Shown here piece after piece: positions 1 to 8,960 of a DNA stretch of 59,010 nt. Made by a program: the position numbers and the translations under genes. The DNA lies in assembly GCA_031962025.1 (NCBI GenBank), contig JAVRKW010000010.1; one strand, 5' to 3'. Position 1 is the first letter of the stretch, and each line of letters begins with the position of its first letter. The stretch comes from Pseudothermotoga sp. Its GTDB lineage: Bacteria; Thermotogota; Thermotogae; Thermotogales; DSM-5069. The notes beneath the pieces are model-generated. The model made no database searches and was not told the origin of the DNA. It saw only the letters and a program-made list of their open reading frames with translations.

Positions 1-195
1 GGCTTGTTATGCACAGGCTACTGTCCCTACCCCTCAGGACTGTTTAAGCCTGTACGACAGAGCTTGGAGCTTGAGCAGTACCCCAAGGTGTCATAACCTG
101 CCTAACGTAGCCCGATGGGAGTTACTCCCCTGGCTGAGGCTAGTCAACTATGGCTTATACCAAGCCACCACCTCTATAGATGGGGGGTAGTTGAC
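1..195 (-). ncRNA. 5' portion of a HEARO / IscB omega-RNA (continues beyond the window start)
   Basis: Minus strand begins GTCAACTACCCC. GTCAACTA/TAGTTGAC inverted pair (143-150/188-195) encloses a GGCTT..AAGCC hairpin, followed by GACTAGCCTCAG, CTACGTT, ATGACACC, GCTCTG and the AAACAG..CTGAGGG.TAGGGACAGT block. The motif order is typical of HEARO/omega-RNAs. Confidence 0.85.
1..195 (-). mobile_element. End of an IS200/IS605-superfamily (IscB-type) insertion element, partial
   Basis: Abrupt switch at 195/196 from GGDEF coding sequence (..DDLMYG) to GC-rich structured RNA-like sequence starting GTCAAC. No transposase or iscB ORF is visible inside the window. Confidence 0.75.
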
Positions 196-1722
196 CCCGT
201 ACATGAGATCGTCTACTTTTTTCAGAGTCTGATTCAGAGTGTTCTCGAAAGTCGATATTCCATAAGAAAAAGTGGGTCTGCAAGGATGAATTTTTTGAAA
301 ATCAGAGAGAATCTTTTGAGCAATTTCACTTGCTTTCTCAACGCTGCATCCTTTCAATATCAATAAGAACTCATCTCCACCCATTCTCACAACGGCATCT
401 GATTGTCTTGTGTGATTTTTAATAGTCTGAACGAGCTGTTTTAGTATCATATCACCCACTTCATGACCATAAGTGTCGTTAATCTCTTTAAAACGATTAA
501 CATCCAGATACACAAGCACATCTTTTTCATCGACATTGAATTCTGCAAAAATTCCTCGATTATAAGCACCCGTGAGAGAATCAATCAAACTTTTTGCATG
601 TGTAACAGTGAGTCTAACGAGCATTTCTTTGTAATTATTGACAAGGTAGTACACAAAGCCTAAAAACATGGCTGCAATTCCATAGCTTGAAATCAACTTT
701 GCTCCTTTTATACCGAGCGCTATGACAAGTGCATCACTCATGACACACATGATGAAAAACAGCACGGTACTTAAAAGAACTTTTGACTGAATCAGAACGA
801 ACTTCGAAATCAGGTAAAAAACATCCAAAAGAAGAACTATTGAAATACTGCTTATGAATGATTCCAGTGCAACAAGATTCGGTGCTATCCAGAAGGAAAA
901 TCCTGCTATCAGATTTATGAAAAGAAAGATCCTGTCAAAGATCTTTTTTTTACTGGGATAATTATGTGAAAAACCAAGAACAAGAAATGACAGTGCAAAA
1001 TAAGCGGAACTCACGGTGAGCTTGCGATATTGAAGAAGAAAAACTCTACCCACATGTGATAAGCCTATTAGATCAAAAAGCCATATAGAACCAAGAATGG
1101 AAGCCATCCCCAGATAAAAGTAGATCTTTTTGTCAGTTGTTGAAAGAGCGAGCGATATAATAATCAGAACAATACCGATTGAAAATGCCATGCCGATGTT
1201 CATCAGAATGGCTTTTTCTGTTAAAAAAGAGAGTATTCTATACTTGACCAATTCAGAAGACGGAATGATATAAATTCCCGAGTCGGTACCTACTCTGTAC
1301 AGCCCAGATATTTCCAGAGTGATCTTTTTAAAATTATCAGGAAGTTCAAAAAGAAGAGGTTGATTCCAGAAATATCCCGATCTTTTCTCTGAAAAACCGT
1401 TGCTGCCGATCTTAATTCCATCCACGTACACGGCAATATAAGAATGATAAAGTTGGGGAATGTAAAGATATTTTCTACTTCCATTAAAGAGCATTTCCGA
1501 ATTCTCGATTTCAGTGGACAGAAACACGGTAAAAGGATCTTTTGAAAACTTTTCAAAAAACGGTCCAGTTACCGGTGTGGACGATTTGTCTTCTATCCAG
1601 GAAGTTATGATTATACCTTCTATGTTCCTGGTATAAGAAAAAGTGAAAAACAACAGCAAAAACAAGGCACATGCTATTACTATAGACACAAAGTGATACT
1701 TCAAAAGATATAAAAGACCCAT
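148..1722 (-). CDS. Membrane diguanylate cyclase (extracytoplasmic domain + ~7 TM + GGDEF); C-terminus replaced by insertion-derived residues
   Basis: DSLTGAYNR, DVNRFKEINDTYGHEVGD, RQSD..RMGGDEF; many TM segments; last 15 residues are read from the inserted element. Confidence 0.9.
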   Translation of the reverse strand: MGLLYLLKYHFVSIVIACALFLLLFFTFSYTRNIEGIIITSWIEDKSSTPVTGPFFEKFSKDPFTVFLSTEIENSEMLFNGSRKYLYIPQLYHSYIAVYVDGIKIGSNGFSEKRSGYFWNQPLLFELPDNFKKITLEISGLYRVGTDSGIYIIPSSELVKYRILSFLTEKAILMNIGMAFSIGIVLIIISLALSTTDKKIYFYLGMASILGSIWLFDLIGLSHVGRVFLLQYRKLTVSSAYFALSFLVLGFSHNYPSKKKIFDRIFLFINLIAGFSFWIAPNLVALESFISSISIVLLLDVFYLISKFVLIQSKVLLSTVLFFIMCVMSDALVIALGIKGAKLISSYGIAAMFLGFVYYLVNNYKEMLVRLTVTHAKSLIDSLTGAYNRGIFAEFNVDEKDVLVYLDVNRFKEINDTYGHEVGDMILKQLVQTIKNHTRQSDAVVRMGGDEFLLILKGCSVEKASEIAQKILSDFQKIHPCRPTFSYGISTFENTLNQTLKKVDDLMYGVNYPPSIEVVAWYKP

Positions 1723-1869
1723 TGATGTCCCCCTTTTTTAGAAAATTATACCAAAAATTAAACTTCACACATGCTGTTATCCCATCTGTCTTTTCAAAAG
1801 CAGTCACCGTGTCAGTTGTAATTTATGCCGCGGGCTAAAGTAACTGGTAGCTCACACAGACCATATATG

Positions 1870-1898
1870 AAAAAGCGATGGTGCATACACACCACCGC
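1870..1898 (-). terminator. Rho-independent terminator of the 1918-2577 ORF
   Basis: Minus strand GCGGTGGTG-tgtatg-CACCATCGC-TTTTT. Confidence 0.7.
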
Positions 1899-1917
1899 GT
1901 CTAACACAGCCATGTCA

Positions 1918-2577
1918 TTATTGGCTGCCTGACATCATTTTCTTGCTCAACTTCGCGTACACTTCTGCCAATTTGCCTATTAGATCAAACAGTGTGCTGA
2001 AGCCTTCACTTGCATCTTTCTTGAGAGTCTCAAGCTGCTGAAGTATTTCTTCGTCATTTGAATTTTCTGCAATAGTACCAAGCTCTTGAAGTGATGTTTC
2101 AAATTTGGCTATTGCCTCCTGTATCGCATTGCTGTAATCTGTCATTGCCTTAAAGAAAGAAGTAACCATGTTATTTCCTCCTTCCAAAATAGCATCTCTC
2201 TTAACATTTTCATCGTACATAATCACTGTAACGTTCTCGACAATCCTCGCAAGCGTGTCGTTTATATCCGTCGGACTAACAGGCAAATAGTAATGTACCT
2301 TACCGTCTTTAAGCACTGCATTTGTAAGCACTTTAACGCAGCTGTCCTTTTTTGAATTTACGAATGTAATAGTCAAGAACATCTCAAGACCTTTACTTTC
2401 ATCGTCTTGGCGCACACTTGAAATGGTCGCGTATGCATGATCTGCTGCAAGAATCTTGAAATCTGCGGCATTCACTTTGTACGTTGCACCGTTCAATTTG
2501 AGTATTTCCGTAAGTGTTCGCTTCAACGCATCCGGTAATGCCTCAAATGCTTTTGGTATACATGACAACCCAGCCAC
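1918..2577 (-). CDS. Hypothetical protein (possibly two fused ORFs or two starts)
   Basis: 219-aa ORF, SD AAGGAGTG before GTG, terminator downstream; second strong SD GGAGGA before in-frame ATG at 2169. Confidence 0.7.
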   Translation of the reverse strand: MAGLSCIPKAFEALPDALKRTLTEILKLNGATYKVNAADFKILAADHAYATISSVRQDDESKGLEMFLTITFVNSKKDSCVKVLTNAVLKDGKVHYYLPVSPTDINDTLARIVENVTVIMYDENVKRDAILEGGNNMVTSFFKAMTDYSNAIQEAIAKFETSLQELGTIAENSNDEEILQQLETLKKDASEGFSTLFDLIGKLAEVYAKLSKKMMSGSQ

Positions 2578-3550
2578 CTAATCACTCCTTTTGATTAACC
2601 TGTGCCTATACCTGTTTTTGTCATAGGACGTGCTGTATTTTTTGCGGCATACTATCCAAAAAACTTTTTTATGAATATTGCCGCGGCTTAACAACACTTC
2701 TGGATTACTTTACTTGAAAATTTTACATCACCCCCCGCGCTTACTTTCTTAATACCAGAACAACTGTGAAAAAAATCATCTTGATCGTCAACGCAAGAAA
2801 TTCCAGCAGTCACAACAACTTGGATATGATGAAAGCAAACGTTCTTGCGTGGCGTATACGATGGTATAGCGTTATACGTAGGTCTTACATATTGGGGTTG
2901 TTCGATCTGTAAATTTGCGCACTCAAAACGAGGTTCGTGCACTTTCGTATGGTGGCGTTTGCAGAAATACCGAGCAATTTGGCTTTGGAACTTTCGCTTG
3001 CACCCTGTTCAAACAGCGCTAACCTGTATATACTACCAAATTTTGCCGCAGCGGTTGACGCTGTTTTCAATGGTGTAATTTTATTTAACAAACCTGTTTC
3101 ACCGAGTATTTTTGCAGCAAATACTTTTTATCATCTGAAACAGTAAGTGCAAAACCGGATAGTTTTTCATTCGAGTTTCTGTGATTTAATCATAATAAGA
3201 AAGTGATTTTTCAATTCAGTGATTTAGATCTCAGTTTCAACTAAGTTCTGTCTCTGGCTTTTAGAAAGAGTTCATTTTGGTTTTTTGATCAAACAGCTTT
3301 TTACAAGAGGCTTTTGGTTATTTTTTGGATAATCCATTTTCGTATAATATATTATGGAAGGCGCCTACCAGGATCCTGGAAAAACCATGAATCGTATTAT
3401 GGCATAGGTCTAATCTCTCAGGAGCGAGCTACCATTCACATAGTCAAGGCTTTTGCTTCATCTATTCATTTTATAGAGGATGAAAATTTCTTTTGGACTT
3501 TAAAAAAGTGGATGTTGTGCTGAATTGAACAAAATAGCATACAATAATGA

Positions 3551-4597
3551 TCATCTTTTTTTGAAAAATTCATCTAAAAGCGGTTTGAACACATCATAGA
3601 ATTTCACCATTTTTTCTTTTCCCCAATTTATGTTTTCTTCATCAAGGTTATTACTATCCCTCTTTATATAAATTTGTGCCCACTCTCTACCCCACTTCTT
3701 CATAAATACCAGCCCATCTTCCATGAGCTTTTTCTCAATTTCCTCTTTTTTGGATAAAAAGTACTCGATCAGCTTTTCATTATCCTCATACCTTTTAAGT
3801 TCAAAGTGCAATGCAACATAAAATCCTTTTGTAAACCCTTTGATAGGTTTTTCTTTGAAATACCATTCGAAGTGAATACCACTGTGACCGGTTGGTAGTG
3901 AAAACCAAGATTTTTCTGGGGCATCTTGTTTTTTGACATACGGTTTTACTTTTTTGAATTCTTCCAAAAGCTTAGACCAGAATTCAAAATATCTTTTTTG
4001 ACGCTCATTAAGTTCATGGTCTTTCGAAAACTGCACAGTATGTGGTAATTGCCTGTTTGGAAGAGTTTCTTTTATAAAATACTGTTTCTGTCTGTTCTTA
4101 TAAAGATTCTCGGCATTTTCTATTGTCCTATCAGAAACAACATTCTCTTTTGATAAAAACTCTTCAAATTTCTTGGCAATTTCTTCACTTTTTTGATCGT
4201 ATATATCAATAGCATAAAACTTTCTCTGCTCCCAGCTTCCTTCACGCAAGGGCAAATAAAACCACCAACTAATTCCATTTGTTAAAATTGCAAGTTTTAC
4301 TCCTTCCCGAAAAGAATAATTCAGAAGCTGTTCCTGATGTCTTTCCAAATTCTCACTGACTTTTTTCACCTCAATAAAGGCTTTGTTTATACCGCCATGT
4401 CTAAGAACATAATCCACCCTTTTACCACCAACAGAGTATTCTGGACAAACCTCATCTATGTTGAATGGATCCCAGCCCAAGGCTTTCAAAACCCTTAAAA
4501 CCAGAGCCTGTTTGGTACGCGCTTCATCAAAAAAGGAAAGTCTGTCATCTTTTTTGAAATCCTCTATCAATCCAAGTAATTCCTCACTCATATTCAC
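3551..4597 (-). CDS. Type I restriction HsdR N-terminal-like PD-(D/E)XK nuclease fused to a DUF4268-like domain
   Basis: EARTKQALV..LGWD..PEY..VDYVL..IEVK..QL..Y..ILTNG..W (HSDR_N pattern); C-terminal FW..W......G.HF..W...IY pattern of DUF4268. Confidence 0.8.
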   Translation of the reverse strand: MNMSEELLGLIEDFKKDDRLSFFDEARTKQALVLRVLKALGWDPFNIDEVCPEYSVGGKRVDYVLRHGGINKAFIEVKKVSENLERHQEQLLNYSFREGVKLAILTNGISWWFYLPLREGSWEQRKFYAIDIYDQKSEEIAKKFEEFLSKENVVSDRTIENAENLYKNRQKQYFIKETLPNRQLPHTVQFSKDHELNERQKRYFEFWSKLLEEFKKVKPYVKKQDAPEKSWFSLPTGHSGIHFEWYFKEKPIKGFTKGFYVALHFELKRYEDNEKLIEYFLSKKEEIEKKLMEDGLVFMKKWGREWAQIYIKRDSNNLDEENINWGKEKMVKFYDVFKPLLDEFFKKR

Positions 4598-4630
4598 CAG
4601 CCCCTTAAAATCCCAATAATGATCTTTTGA

Positions 4631-4660
4631 AAAGCCCCGGCTTATTTTCTCGGGGCTTTT
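4631..4660. terminator. Rho-independent terminator after the ABC permease
   Basis: AAAGCCCCG...CGGGGCTTTT hairpin. Confidence 0.8.
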
Positions 4661-4663
4661 GTT

Positions 4664-5914
4664 TTATTCCTGTACAGTTGATTTTCCTTTCTTTTTCAAA
4701 GACAAGCCAGTTATGAGACGGTCGCTATTGAAGATCTTTGTAATCAAACTCACCAGTACGAACGCGAGTATGCCATTATAAATACACCCGTATATTACGA
4801 GAAGATCTTTGCCAAAAAGCAAGTTTCTTATAGAAATCATGGGATGCGTGAAAGGTATGGCAAAGACAACTACCTTGAGCGGAACGGATAGCGAAGAGAA
4901 ATCTTTGAACATAGTTATGAGCATGCTGAAAACAGCAAGAGCCGTGATTGGAAAGGTCATCATCTGAGCGCTTTTGAAATCTTTTGATATAACTCCAAGC
5001 AACATCGCCATGCCGATACCACAGAGCAGGGCAGTGAAGAGCGAAATTCCTATCATCAGATAATCTGACATATCAAGACTAAGTCCTAAAGAAGCTGTTG
5101 AGGAAAAGGTAAATGATTTCATGTAAAAATTGAAACCAATCATGTATATGCCAGCCGTGATAGAACCTGCTATTGTTGCAGCAAGAATTTTCGAAAAAAC
5201 AATATAACTTCTTTTCACAGGCATCGTCATGAGTGTCTCCAGAGTCTTGTTTTCTTTCTCCAGACCCATTGACGAGATGACGGTACTACCTGCCATTATT
5301 ATCAGCATCATTATAACCACCGATGTCATAGTCGTTTGAGAACTTGTCAGATTCAAAAATTCCGACGGCGACATCTTTTCAAATGTCATCTGTCCAAAAA
5401 TAGTCGTGTCTGTCTTTTCAACTGGATCGATTACAAACTGCGGATTCTTGATACCGTGCTGAGCCATGATGGCTCTTCTGATTTGGTCTTCGATACTTTT
5501 ATAAAATCCTTCAAAAACGCTCGACGAAATCGTGTCGGCTATACCAAGGCCTTTCAACAACCAGAATACATTTATTCTGGCTTTTTCTTCGGATTTAAGA
5601 TGTGCAGTAAAATCCCTGTCTATGAGAATGAGTGCTGTTCCACTTTGTTTTTTCAGCTTTTCAAGACCTTCTTGAAAGCTGCTGCCGCTGTACAGGACAT
5701 GTGCGAAGCTCACAATACTCTGTTCGACTGTCTTTCCAAATTCACCTTCGTCGAGATTGACAACGACTATTGATGGTTTCTTTGATGCTTCTTTCTCGAT
5801 ATTTCCCACCGATCTACCGATAAATGCGTAAACAAAAGAAATAACCACTATGGTGACTATGCTGGAAACGGTCAGAACTTCTTTCAGTTCTTTTTTCAAC
5901 AGGTTCCAGAACAT
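4664..5914 (-). CDS. ABC-2 type transporter permease (NatB-like)
   Basis: KKELKE N-terminus, EKENKTLETLMTMPV motif, multiple TM helices. Confidence 0.9.
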   Translation of the reverse strand: MFWNLLKKELKEVLTVSSIVTIVVISFVYAFIGRSVGNIEKEASKKPSIVVVNLDEGEFGKTVEQSIVSFAHVLYSGSSFQEGLEKLKKQSGTALILIDRDFTAHLKSEEKARINVFWLLKGLGIADTISSSVFEGFYKSIEDQIRRAIMAQHGIKNPQFVIDPVEKTDTTIFGQMTFEKMSPSEFLNLTSSQTTMTSVVIMMLIIMAGSTVISSMGLEKENKTLETLMTMPVKRSYIVFSKILAATIAGSITAGIYMIGFNFYMKSFTFSSTASLGLSLDMSDYLMIGISLFTALLCGIGMAMLLGVISKDFKSAQMMTFPITALAVFSMLITMFKDFSSLSVPLKVVVFAIPFTHPMISIRNLLFGKDLLVIYGCIYNGILAFVLVSLITKIFNSDRLITGLSLKKKGKSTVQE

Positions 5915-6630
5915 CGTATCACCTCTGTGAAAACCTCCTCGATATTCGATGCGTTGAATTCTTCTTTCAAACTGCTGGGTGTGCCGGTTTTAACGATCAA
6001 TCCTTTGTTTATCAGAGCCATTCGATCACACAAAAACTCAACTTCAAGCATATTGTGCGACGAAAGCAGTACTGTTACACCGCTGTTAACAAACTCTTTG
6101 ATGGTATTTCTCACTTCACGGGCATTCAAAACATCCAGTCCGGATGTCGGTTCATCGAGAACTGCCAGTTTTGGATTAACCATTAGAGCTCTTGCTATTA
6201 AAAGTCTTCTTATCATACCTTTACTGTACGTGCTTACTTTTGCATTCAAGCGGTCAGACAGATTTGCTATTTGCATTCCCCTTTCCACCATCTGCTGAAA
6301 GTGCTTTTCATCTCTTGAAAAAAACCTGGCGATGAACCTTAGATATTCTATACCTGTGAGTTCTTTGTAAGCACCGGCATCTTCCGGCAGATAACTTATG
6401 ACCTTTCTGATTTCATCAGGTTCACTTAAAAGATCATGTCCAAAAACCTTCACAGTTCCCGCATCTGGTTTCAATAAAGTACAGATAATTCTCAAAGTGG
6501 TAGTTTTGCCGGCTCCGTTTGGTCCAATGAGACCAAATATCTCACCTTCTTCAATCTCAAAGGTGATTCCCTTTAGGGCTTCAAAGTTTTTGTAGCTTTT
6601 CCTTAGATCATTAACCTCGACTGTTTTCAC
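5896..6630 (-). CDS. ABC transporter ATP-binding protein
   Basis: GPNGAGKTT, YSKGM signature, LDEPTSGLD, SSH; likely GTG start at 6630. Confidence 0.95.
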   Translation of the reverse strand: MKTVEVNDLRKSYKNFEALKGITFEIEEGEIFGLIGPNGAGKTTTLRIICTLLKPDAGTVKVFGHDLLSEPDEIRKVISYLPEDAGAYKELTGIEYLRFIARFFSRDEKHFQQMVERGMQIANLSDRLNAKVSTYSKGMIRRLLIARALMVNPKLAVLDEPTSGLDVLNAREVRNTIKEFVNSGVTVLLSSHNMLEVEFLCDRMALINKGLIVKTGTPSSLKEEFNASNIEEVFTEVIRCSGTC

Positions 6631-6754
6631 CGCTTCACCCCCATAAAAATATACGATGAAAATAAAAAGTTTCGTCAATCAATATTTTTGAGTTGATCAT
6701 ACAACATGGAGACTTTTTGCAGAGTATGCTAAAATTGGCTTGAGGTGTTCTGAT

Positions 6755-7375
6755 TTGGCAGTGATTGAGTACCTCAGACATGTTGTGGAAACTGCAATAA
6801 CAGGCTTTATTGCCGTTGTTTTGGCGGTCGTACCGCGTGAATACTCAAAGGCGCGGGTTGCCGTTTTTTTTGGAGACCAGACCCCAGTAAAAGTGGGGCG
6901 TGTTTCACTCAATCCATTTGTCCATCTTGATCCGATAGGCACTGTAACATTCATCTTTCTGGATTTTGGCTGGTCGCGTCCTGTACCAATAAGACCATGG
7001 AATCTGAAAGGGAAAAAGAAGACCTTTTTACTGGTTTCTCTTGTTGGACCAATTGTCGGCATACTGTGTTTTTTCGTGTACGGGCTTTTTGCCCGAGCAG
7101 TGCAGAGCAAAGAAAGTTATGTCTTTGAGACACTCTTCAAAGCCGCAAAATTCAGTCTGACATACGCACTTTTTTCATTATTTCCAATACCACCACTTGA
7201 TGGATCAAGGGTACTGGGTGCGCTTCTTCCAGAAAATTACACAGAGTGGTATCTGAAATACGAAGTTTACGGCACACTGTTTTTGCTGGCTCTGGTCGTT
7301 CTGTGGATCATGCCGCTTGTGATGAGTCCGTTTGTCAATTTCATCGACAAACTCACGATTTTTGTGACTGGTTGA
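6755..7375 (+). CDS. Site-2 protease (M50) family membrane protein lacking HExxH
   Basis: GDQTP...GRVSLNP..HLDPIG, GWSRPVP, P.PPLDGS motifs; expected HExxH position reads REYSK. Confidence 0.8.
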   Translation: MAVIEYLRHVVETAITGFIAVVLAVVPREYSKARVAVFFGDQTPVKVGRVSLNPFVHLDPIGTVTFIFLDFGWSRPVPIRPWNLKGKKKTFLLVSLVGPIVGILCFFVYGLFARAVQSKESYVFETLFKAAKFSLTYALFSLFPIPPLDGSRVLGALLPENYTEWYLKYEVYGTLFLLALVVLWIMPLVMSPFVNFIDKLTIFVTG

Positions 7376-7389
7376 AAGGAGCTATACAG

Positions 7390-7878
7390 ATGCTGGTGAT
7401 ACGATACCCGCTTTCTGTGAACGTAGTCAGGAGATTGAAAGCATCAGATCTGGTCAAATACACCGGACGGATCATCGTATTGAGCAGACCTGCTTTTGAA
7501 AGGATCGTGGTATACGAAAAAGCCGAAGGGCTCATACCCGAGTACATAAATGGCGAGCTGATCTGCTTTGGTTCTGTTCAGGGTGATTCTGTAAAATTGC
7601 TTCAAGCCAGAGAATACGAAGATCTTCTGGAAAAGGCTTTTCTCTTCGGTGCAGTTTCTGTTCTGTCAAAAGATTCAAAAATCAGTAATTTTTATTTCAA
7701 AAGGTATGCAAGAGCCATGTTCGTTCCAACCTGTGATGTAACTGGCAGATCTTTCAGGATCCTGGCGTATGCAGATTTGAAAAACGAATCGGTCATGGAA
7801 GTTGAAGTTGAAGATCTTTTAATGCGTGTTGCCATCGATTCGAAAGGGTGTACAAAGGCTCTGGAGGTTGACCAATGA
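7390..7878 (+). CDS. Degenerate Fe-S hydro-lyase (fumarate/tartrate dehydratase) beta-subunit-like protein
   Basis: PLS...V..LK..D.V.YTG.I and AY.DL..E.V.E.EVED....VAIDSKG fit the family; the TARD/GPTTS/GKG motifs are absent. Confidence 0.65.
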   Translation: MLVIRYPLSVNVVRRLKASDLVKYTGRIIVLSRPAFERIVVYEKAEGLIPEYINGELICFGSVQGDSVKLLQAREYEDLLEKAFLFGAVSVLSKDSKISNFYFKRYARAMFVPTCDVTGRSFRILAYADLKNESVMEVEVEDLLMRVAIDSKGCTKALEVDQ

Positions 7879-8960
7879 AGTCCTGTTTTGTCTTTGGCAC
7901 AAGACCAGAAGTGATAAAAGTAGCTCCGGTATATCTTTATTTCAAAAACCTTGGTGAAAAAACAATTGCAGTTGCAACAGCACAACACAGAGAAATGATG
8001 GACATGATGACAAGTGTTTTTGATATAAAACCAGAGTACGATCTGAACATAATGACCCAGAATCAATCTTTGAACGCGATAGTTGCACGTGTTATGGAAA
8101 GACTTGAACCGGTTCTGATCAAGGAAAAGCCAGATATCGTTTTTGTTCAGGGAGATACCACCACCGCTTTCAGCGCCTGTCTGTGTGCATTTCACCTTTC
8201 TATACCAGTTGCTCACATCGAAGCCGGGTTGAGAAGCGGTGATCTTTACGACCCGTTTCCCGAAGAGCTCAACAGGCGATTGATCGATGTATCCTGTAAA
8301 TACCTTTTTGCACCAACTAAAAAAGCAAAAGAAAATCTTCTCAAAGAAGGTATCGAAGAAAACAGAATTTTTGTCGTTGGTAATACCGTTATAGATGCAC
8401 TGCAGCTCATAAGAAAAAGAATAGACATGGCATCTGTGAGAAAAAAACTCGTCGATTCAGACGGCTACATTCTAATGACACTGCATCGCAGAGAAAACAT
8501 CGGAGAGAGAATGAGATCTATTCTCAGAGCAACAGCCGATTTTGTGCAAAAAAACGGTATCAGAGTGGTCTTCCCCGTTCACAAAAATCCAAAGGTCAGG
8601 CGGATTGTCGAAGAAGAGGTCGGTAGAAACCAGTACTTCATTTTGATCGAACCCGTTGATTACCTGCACTTTCTGTCGCTTCTGGACGGTGCAAGATTTG
8701 TTGTAACAGATTCAGGAGGAGTTCAGGAAGAAGCACCGTCTTTTGGAAAGTTCGTTGTGGTTACAAGACAAACGACAGAAAGACCAGAACTCATTGAGGC
8801 TGGGCTCGGCGTACTGGCTGGAACATCGCAAGAATCCGTTTACGATGCATTGAGCAAAGCAAATGGAAAAAATATCAATTTGCTTGAAAACCCATTCGGC
8901 GATGGAAAGACTTCAGAGCGAATATACAAAATCATAAGGGGTGATACCACTTGGCACTGA
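7875..8960 (+). CDS. wecB: UDP-N-acetylglucosamine 2-epimerase (non-hydrolysing)
   Basis: GTRPE.IK, QGDTTT, HIEAGLRS, PFPEE.NR, HRREN, TDSGGVQEEAP. Confidence 0.95.
   Translation: MKSCFVFGTRPEVIKVAPVYLYFKNLGEKTIAVATAQHREMMDMMTSVFDIKPEYDLNIMTQNQSLNAIVARVMERLEPVLIKEKPDIVFVQGDTTTAFSACLCAFHLSIPVAHIEAGLRSGDLYDPFPEELNRRLIDVSCKYLFAPTKKAKENLLKEGIEENRIFVVGNTVIDALQLIRKRIDMASVRKKLVDSDGYILMTLHRRENIGERMRSILRATADFVQKNGIRVVFPVHKNPKVRRIVEEEVGRNQYFILIEPVDYLHFLSLLDGARFVVTDSGGVQEEAPSFGKFVVVTRQTTERPELIEAGLGVLAGTSQESVYDALSKANGKNINLLENPFGDGKTSERIYKIIRGDTTWH

Noticed and set aside
115..366. 83-aa plus-strand ORF as a transposon gene
   Set aside because: Antisense to the DGC and the structured RNA; no TnpA, TnpB or IscB motifs.
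3314..3523. 69-aa plus-strand ORF
   Set aside because: No SD or recognisable motif; lies in the decayed region.
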